Below are positions 33,590 through 38,611 of a stretch of DNA of 38,611 nt, piece by piece. The notes beneath the pieces were generated by a model. That model was not told where the DNA came from. It saw nothing but the letters and a program-made list of their open reading frames with translations, and made no database searches. The stretch is from NCBI GenBank assembly GCA_034439715.1, contig JAWXAY010000039.1:1-38611 (forward strand). The letters are read 5' to 3'. Origin of the DNA: Pseudomonadota bacterium. Lineage in GTDB: Bacteria > Bdellovibrionota > Bdellovibrionia > Bdellovibrionales > SG-bin7. Position numbers and translations under genes: made by a program. Each line of letters begins with the position of its first letter. Positions within the stretch are counted from its first letter, which is position 1.

Positions 33590-36358
33590 ATGAATAAAGA
33601 AAGTACCGTGAGTTACAAAGACTCGCTTAATTTACCCAATACAACTTTCCCAATGAAGGGCGATTTACCTCAAAAGGAGCCGCTTGCGATTGAAAAATGG
33701 AAGAGCCTGGATATTTATCAAAAAATGGTAAAACAAAACTCCTCACTTGGAGTTTTTACGCTTCCGGATGGGCCTCCTTATGCCAATGGCAATATTCATA
33801 TGGGTCACGTGCTCAACAAAACTTTAAAAGACATTGTAATCAAATACCGAAATATGAGTGGGTTTTCGGCAGCGTTTATTCCCTGTTTTGATTGTCATGG
33901 ACTGCCAATTGAACACGAAGTTAACAAAAAACTGGGCGAAAAACGAAAGGGTCTTTCAGCAAAAGATGTTCGTGAGTTGTGCCGACAAGAAGCTAACAAA
34001 TGGGTTGGTATTCAGACCGAACAATTTGAACGCTTAGGGATTCTAGCCGATTGGCAGCACCCATTTAAAACCATCGATAAAGATTATGAAGCTGAAGAAG
34101 TGAGAGAGCTCGCACGAATTTACAAAAAAGGTGTGCTTTATCGTGGCAACAAACCGGTCTATTGGTGCTGGGCTTTACAAACGGCTCTCGCTGAAGCCGA
34201 AGTTGAGTATCAAGACCACAGGAGTCCTTCGATATTTGTAAAATTTTATGTAAATGGCCCGACACCATTTGGGAACTTCAAAAAGCCCGTGGCCTTTGTG
34301 ATTTGGACCACAACTCCTTGGACATTACCTGCGAACTTAGCGGTGGCTGTAAATCCCGATTATGTTTATCAGGCCTACGATTCGGGCGAAGAAATTTTAA
34401 TCATAGCAAAAGAATTAGAAACTGTTTTTAGCAAAGAGGCCGATTTAGAAATTTCTGCTGTGGGGCCAGAAATTAAAGGTGAAAAATTAGAAGGTATAAA
34501 AACTAAACATCCTTTTATTGAGAGGGCCTCTCCGGTTATTTTGGGTTCCCATGTAACTCTTGAAGCGGGCACAGGGTGTGTTCACACGGCACCTGGACAC
34601 GGGCAGGAAGATTACGTTGTTGGATTAAAGTATGGCCTACCTATTTTAAGTCCGGTCGATGAAGCCGGAAAGTATACCGCTGAATATTCGGAGCTAAAGG
34701 GCACATTTGTTTTTGATGCAAACCCAATTATTGTCGAAAAATTAAAAAAGAGCGGTCATTTAATTTCAGCAAAAGAGATCACGCACAGTTTTCCTCATTG
34801 TTGGCGTAGTAAAACGCCCCTGATTTTTAGGGCTACCCCACAATGGTTTATTCGTATGGATGACCCTAAATATAATGTGCGAGAGTTAGCTCTTAAGGCC
34901 ATTAATGGCGTTAAGTTCTCTCCCGATTGGTCGGTCAATCGCTTGCGTTCCATGATTGAAAATAGGCCCGACTGGTGTTTGAGTCGCCAAAGGCTTTGGG
35001 GAGTTCCAATTCCCGTTTTTCATTGTGAAAAATGCGAGGAGGCAATGACCTCACCTGATATCATGAATAAAGTAGCTGACAAAATGGAGTTGGCTGGCGG
35101 TATCGAAGCCTATTTTGAACAGTCCATCGAAAGCTTGATAGGCAAAGAAAAATGCCAAAAATGTGGCGGGCAAGTTTTTAAAAAGGGACAAGACATTCTC
35201 GACGTTTGGTTTGACAGTGGGATCATGCATTCAGCGCTCCAACATCACACCAAAGAATTGCGCTTTCCCGCCGATGTTTATCTTGAAGGTAGCGATCAGC
35301 ATCGGGGTTGGTTTCAGACGAGCTTATTAACTTCGATTGCTTGCTACGGAGATTCGCCGTTTAAAGCGCTTGTTACTCATGGCTTCGTCGTAGACGCTGC
35401 TGGCAAAAAAATGAGCAAGAGCGTAGGCAACGTGGTGAACCCTGAAGAATGGATCAAAAAGCTGGGCGCAGAAATTTTGAGATTATTTGCTGTGTATGAA
35501 GATGTGGCGCAAGACCTGACCTGTGGACCTGACATTTTTACGCGACTGACGGAGGCCTATCGTCGCTTTCGAAATACCATTCGCTTTTTACTCGGTAATA
35601 TTTCTGATTTTAATGTGGATCGCGACAGTGTGCCCTATGAAAACCTTTTACCACTAGATAAGTGGGCGCTAGCGCAGCTTAATCAAGTTGTTGAAAAAAC
35701 TACCTTGGCTTTTGAAAACTACGAGTTTTACAAAGTTTATCATTTGTTAAATAATTTTTTTGTCACAGACCTTTCAGCTACTTATTTAGATATTATTAAA
35801 GATCGACTTTATACCGGAAAAAAAGGCGGCGTCGGCCGTAGATCAGCTCAGACAGTTCTCTATGAACTTACGGTAAGTCTGGCTACTTTGATGGCGCCTA
35901 TTACTTCGTTTTTGTCAGAAGAAACTTTGCAGCATATGACTACTTGGCGGGGGGGGAGCAAGCCCGAGAGTATTTTTCTGACGCCCTTTCCTAAGGTAAG
36001 TCCCGAGTGGCGCCAGCCTGCCCTCACTGAAGAGTTTGCGGAAATTATCAAGGTTCGAGGAGAGGCTTCTAAGGCACTTGAGGAGCTTCGTAAAAATAAA
36101 ACCATTGGAGCTTCTCTCGAAGCCAAGGTTAAAATAACAGCTGACGGAAATCAGTTCAAATGCCTCGAGAAATATAAAGAATGTCTTGGTGAATATTTTA
36201 TTGTATCGAAGGTGGAATTAAACAAAGGTGCGTTTTCAGTGCAGGCAGAAAAGTCAGACGGAGAAAAATGTCTACGCTGTTGGGTTTATGATGAACTTAC
36301 CCCAACGGCACATCAATACCCCGGTGTTTGTCCAAAATGTTTAAAGGCGCTTACATGA
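33590..36358 (+). CDS. ileS: Isoleucine--tRNA ligase (type 1)
   Basis: DGPPYANG, HMGH, WTTTPWTLP, DWCLSRQR, EGSDQHRGWF, KMSKS, C-terminal Zn finger CLRC...CPKC. Confidence 0.99.
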   Translation: MNKESTVSYKDSLNLPNTTFPMKGDLPQKEPLAIEKWKSLDIYQKMVKQNSSLGVFTLPDGPPYANGNIHMGHVLNKTLKDIVIKYRNMSGFSAAFIPCFDCHGLPIEHEVNKKLGEKRKGLSAKDVRELCRQEANKWVGIQTEQFERLGILADWQHPFKTIDKDYEAEEVRELARIYKKGVLYRGNKPVYWCWALQTALAEAEVEYQDHRSPSIFVKFYVNGPTPFGNFKKPVAFVIWTTTPWTLPANLAVAVNPDYVYQAYDSGEEILIIAKELETVFSKEADLEISAVGPEIKGEKLEGIKTKHPFIERASPVILGSHVTLEAGTGCVHTAPGHGQEDYVVGLKYGLPILSPVDEAGKYTAEYSELKGTFVFDANPIIVEKLKKSGHLISAKEITHSFPHCWRSKTPLIFRATPQWFIRMDDPKYNVRELALKAINGVKFSPDWSVNRLRSMIENRPDWCLSRQRLWGVPIPVFHCEKCEEAMTSPDIMNKVADKMELAGGIEAYFEQSIESLIGKEKCQKCGGQVFKKGQDILDVWFDSGIMHSALQHHTKELRFPADVYLEGSDQHRGWFQTSLLTSIACYGDSPFKALVTHGFVVDAAGKKMSKSVGNVVNPEEWIKKLGAEILRLFAVYEDVAQDLTCGPDIFTRLTEAYRRFRNTIRFLLGNISDFNVDRDSVPYENLLPLDKWALAQLNQVVEKTTLAFENYEFYKVYHLLNNFFVTDLSATYLDIIKDRLYTGKKGGVGRRSAQTVLYELTVSLATLMAPITSFLSEETLQHMTTWRGGSKPESIFLTPFPKVSPEWRQPALTEEFAEIIKVRGEASKALEELRKNKTIGASLEAKVKITADGNQFKCLEKYKECLGEYFIVSKVELNKGAFSVQAEKSDGEKCLRCWVYDELTPTAHQYPGVCPKCLKALT

Positions 36359-36852
36359 AAAAATTTGTTTTTTTGGCGACTATTGGTGGCTTTATAGTTT
36401 GCTTAGACCAAATGACCAAAATACTCATACACACCCAATATGATCTGGGCGAGTCGACCACAGTTATTCAGGGTTTTTTTGATATTACCTATGTGCGAAA
36501 TTTTGGCGCTGCCTTTGGATTCTTAGCAAAAACTCATCCTGGTTTTCGAGATACGTTTTTTATGCTTATGCCGCCGACGGCACTTATGATCATTCTATTT
36601 ATCCTAAAGGGCGTCGAAGATAACGATAAAATTCAAGTGGTAGCGCTCTCTATGGTTTTTGGCGGAGCCGTCGGTAACTACATTGATCGGTTACATCTGG
36701 GATATGTCGTTGATTTTTTAGATTTTTATGTGAGTGATACTCACTGGCCCGCTTTTAATGTGGCCGATATGGCCATTGTTTGCGGAGTTGCAATTCTTTT
36801 AGTATTAATGTTTTTTCAGGCGAAGCCACAGATAAAAAAAGTGAATACTTAA
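36355..36852 (+). CDS. lspA: Lipoprotein signal peptidase II
   Basis: DQMTK, NFGAAFG, GGAVGNYIDR, VVDFL, FNVAD. ATG at 36355 overlaps the ileS stop (ATGA). Confidence 0.97.
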   Translation: MKKFVFLATIGGFIVCLDQMTKILIHTQYDLGESTTVIQGFFDITYVRNFGAAFGFLAKTHPGFRDTFFMLMPPTALMIILFILKGVEDNDKIQVVALSMVFGGAVGNYIDRLHLGYVVDFLDFYVSDTHWPAFNVADMAIVCGVAILLVLMFFQAKPQIKKVNT

Positions 36853-36855
36853 TAG

Positions 36856-37626
36856 ATGTATCCCTTTGTTCACATCGGATCGGTTGCGCTACCCACATAT
36901 ACAGTTATCATTAGTCTCATTTTTTCGTTGAGTGTATTTTGGCTGCTCCATCGGGCCCAGAAGTTAAATAGGGATAGAGGAGTAGCATTAGATCTTGGCT
37001 TAGTGATTATGATTTGTGGATTTCTGGGTTCCCGAGTTTTTCATGTTATTTATGAAGAGCCTAAGTATTATTGGGAGGAACCGGCAGATATTTTTAAAGT
37101 GTGGCAAGGGGGGTTTGTTTTTTACGGCGGATTTCTGGGAGCCTGGTTGGGTGGGATCTGGTTTTTAAAGAAAAAGCGCCAACCAATTCTAGTTTGGCAT
37201 GATTTGCTTGCGCCGATAATCAGCCTTGGGTACAGCCTGGGGCGGCTAGCTTGTCTGGCGGCGGGTTGTTGCTACGGCAAGGAAACTTATTTACCTTGGG
37301 GAATTCGCTTTCCATTGGGTGTCGAGGCGCCGACTGGTATAAGTCTTCACCCTACCCAGCTTTATTCCAGTATTTGGGAGTTTTTAGTTTTTTTCGTTCT
37401 CATTACGTTAGAGAGCAGGCCACTAAAGAACAACAGGATACCGGGGGTCCTCTTTGCTATATGGCTTACTCTTCATGCATTGGGTAGACTGGTTATGGAA
37501 TATTTTCGAATGGACGCAAGAGGGCCAAGCTTTTTGGGCTTAAGCATATCCTCGCTGATTAGCCTTATTCTATTGGTTTGTGCTGTCGCGCTGTACATCC
37601 GCCTAAATAAGATTGCTAAACGTTAA
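36856..37626 (+). CDS. lgt: Prolipoprotein diacylglyceryl transferase, copy 1
   Basis: GSRVFHV, WQGGFVFYGG, GRLACLAAGCCYG, HPTQLY, EYFRMD. Confidence 0.9.
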   Translation: MYPFVHIGSVALPTYTVIISLIFSLSVFWLLHRAQKLNRDRGVALDLGLVIMICGFLGSRVFHVIYEEPKYYWEEPADIFKVWQGGFVFYGGFLGAWLGGIWFLKKKRQPILVWHDLLAPIISLGYSLGRLACLAAGCCYGKETYLPWGIRFPLGVEAPTGISLHPTQLYSSIWEFLVFFVLITLESRPLKNNRIPGVLFAIWLTLHALGRLVMEYFRMDARGPSFLGLSISSLISLILLVCAVALYIRLNKIAKR

Positions 37627-37648
37627 ATTTTCTTAGTACTATTTATCA

Positions 37649-38425
37649 ATGCACCCACTGCTATTCGAATACAAATTCATAAAATTACACACATACGGAT
37701 TTTTTATTGTCGTAGGATTTTTATGCGGACTTTTTTTAATTCGCCGTAAGTCCAAAAAACTAGGTTGGAATTTAGAGAATGTCTCTGATGTGGCTTTTTG
37801 GGCGCTGCTCGGTGGATTTGTTGGTGGCCGAGTTTTGTATATCTTTACCCGCTGGAGCGAGTATTCAAAAGATCCACTTGAAATGTTTAAGTTCTGGGAG
37901 GGCGGCCTCGTATTTTACGGCGGCCTAATCGGCGGCACCCTAACTTTAATTTGGCGCGCGAAGAGATATAAAATCCCGATATTACAATTTATTGATTTGG
38001 TTGCGCCTAGTTTGGCACTTGGGCATGCCTTTGGTCGCATCGGTTGTTTTATGGCCGGATGTTGCTTTGGTCAGTCTTGTCCTGCCGATAATCCATTTGC
38101 CGTGATTTTTACCCATCCTTTGTCAATCGCGCCGCTCAATCAGCCACTGCATCCCGCTCAGCTCTACGATGCTTTTAATGCGCTCACAGTTTTTTTTATT
38201 CTTGAGTTTTTATATCCCCGCCGAAAATTTTTGGGCCAAATGTTTGCAACCTACGGCATTTTATATTCAATAGGACGATATTTTGTTGAGAGCTATCGGG
38301 GCGATAAAATCCGCGGATTTTTGATTGAGAATGTGCTTTCCACTTCACAATTTATTTCGATCGGGATTTTTTTATTCTCGGCATTCCTATTTGTTCACTA
38401 CAAGCGATTAAATCGTAAGGCTTAA
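37649..38425 (+). CDS. lgt: Prolipoprotein diacylglyceryl transferase, copy 2
   Basis: HTYG, GGRVLY, WEGGLVFYGG, GRIGCFMAGCCFG, HPAQLYD, ESYRGD, SQFIS. Confidence 0.93.
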   Translation: MHPLLFEYKFIKLHTYGFFIVVGFLCGLFLIRRKSKKLGWNLENVSDVAFWALLGGFVGGRVLYIFTRWSEYSKDPLEMFKFWEGGLVFYGGLIGGTLTLIWRAKRYKIPILQFIDLVAPSLALGHAFGRIGCFMAGCCFGQSCPADNPFAVIFTHPLSIAPLNQPLHPAQLYDAFNALTVFFILEFLYPRRKFLGQMFATYGILYSIGRYFVESYRGDKIRGFLIENVLSTSQFISIGIFLFSAFLFVHYKRLNRKA

Positions 38426-38431
38426 GAACTG

Positions 38432-38449
38432 ATACCCTTTGTTGGGTAT
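38432..38449. terminator. Short hairpin after lgt copy 2
   Basis: ATACCC-tttgtt-GGGTAT; weak. Confidence 0.3.
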
Positions 38450-38461
38450 ACCGGGTGAGAT

Positions 38462-38611
38462 TTAAGGGCCATTTTCACAAAATAAGTTTCTAACTTTGTT
38501 TAATTTTTTCCATAACGCGTCGAAAAAATAAGTGAAACCTTCCAATTTTAAATTCTCCTTGTTGATTCTCGATTGCGATGCAATCGGGAATAGGTAACGA
38601 GCTTGTCGCAA
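38462..38611 (-). CDS. Possible 3' end of a convergent CDS truncated by the window edge
   Basis: Two minus frames are open from the edge, with stops at 38462-38464 and 38490-38492. The coding frame cannot be decided. Confidence 0.3.
   Translation of the reverse strand: MRQARYLFPIASQSRINKENLKLEGFTYFFDALWKKLNKVRNLFCENGP

Noticed and set aside
1617..37487. Numerous 60-130 aa alternative ORFs in the track (e.g. 8120-8476, 9617-10003, 17972-18319, 23989-24360, 26282-26626)
   Set aside because: They are antisense or off-frame shadows of well-supported genes, with no motifs of their own.

Overview
Gene-dense, moderately AT-rich bacterial chromosome segment. It is most likely from a Bdellovibrionota (predatory Bdellovibrio-like) genome; this is inferred from the TIGR02147-type HTH protein, the CFI-box-CTERM protein, tandem DUF507, an orphan groES and many secreted or beta-barrel hypotheticals. 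Housekeeping genes: rpsI, rplM, truA, lipA-E2-lpdA-lipB, dsbA-like, suhB, a SPOR protein, a Cys/Met PLP lyase, MATE, uvrD/pcrA, kamA, PBP1B, a CHASE2 kinase with a sigma54 activator, and ileS-lspA-lgt-lgt. No rRNA, tRNA, CRISPR array or mobile element was seen. Most interesting unexplained signals: (1) a 639-aa exported protein with a ~215-aa G/M/N/P/F prion-like tail behind a palindrome + IHF + sigma54-like promoter; (2) a translationally coupled DUF507-DUF507-groES(Lys-rich tail)-outer-membrane-barrel operon with no groEL; (3) a TIGR02147 regulator with a three-half-site operator, coupled to a secreted GGxxGNGG/HExxY protein; (4) two 'surface protein + partner beta-barrel' pairs; (5) a candidate ~73-nt sRNA with its own promoter and terminator at 6513-6585. 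Family names come from recalled motifs; no database searches were run.
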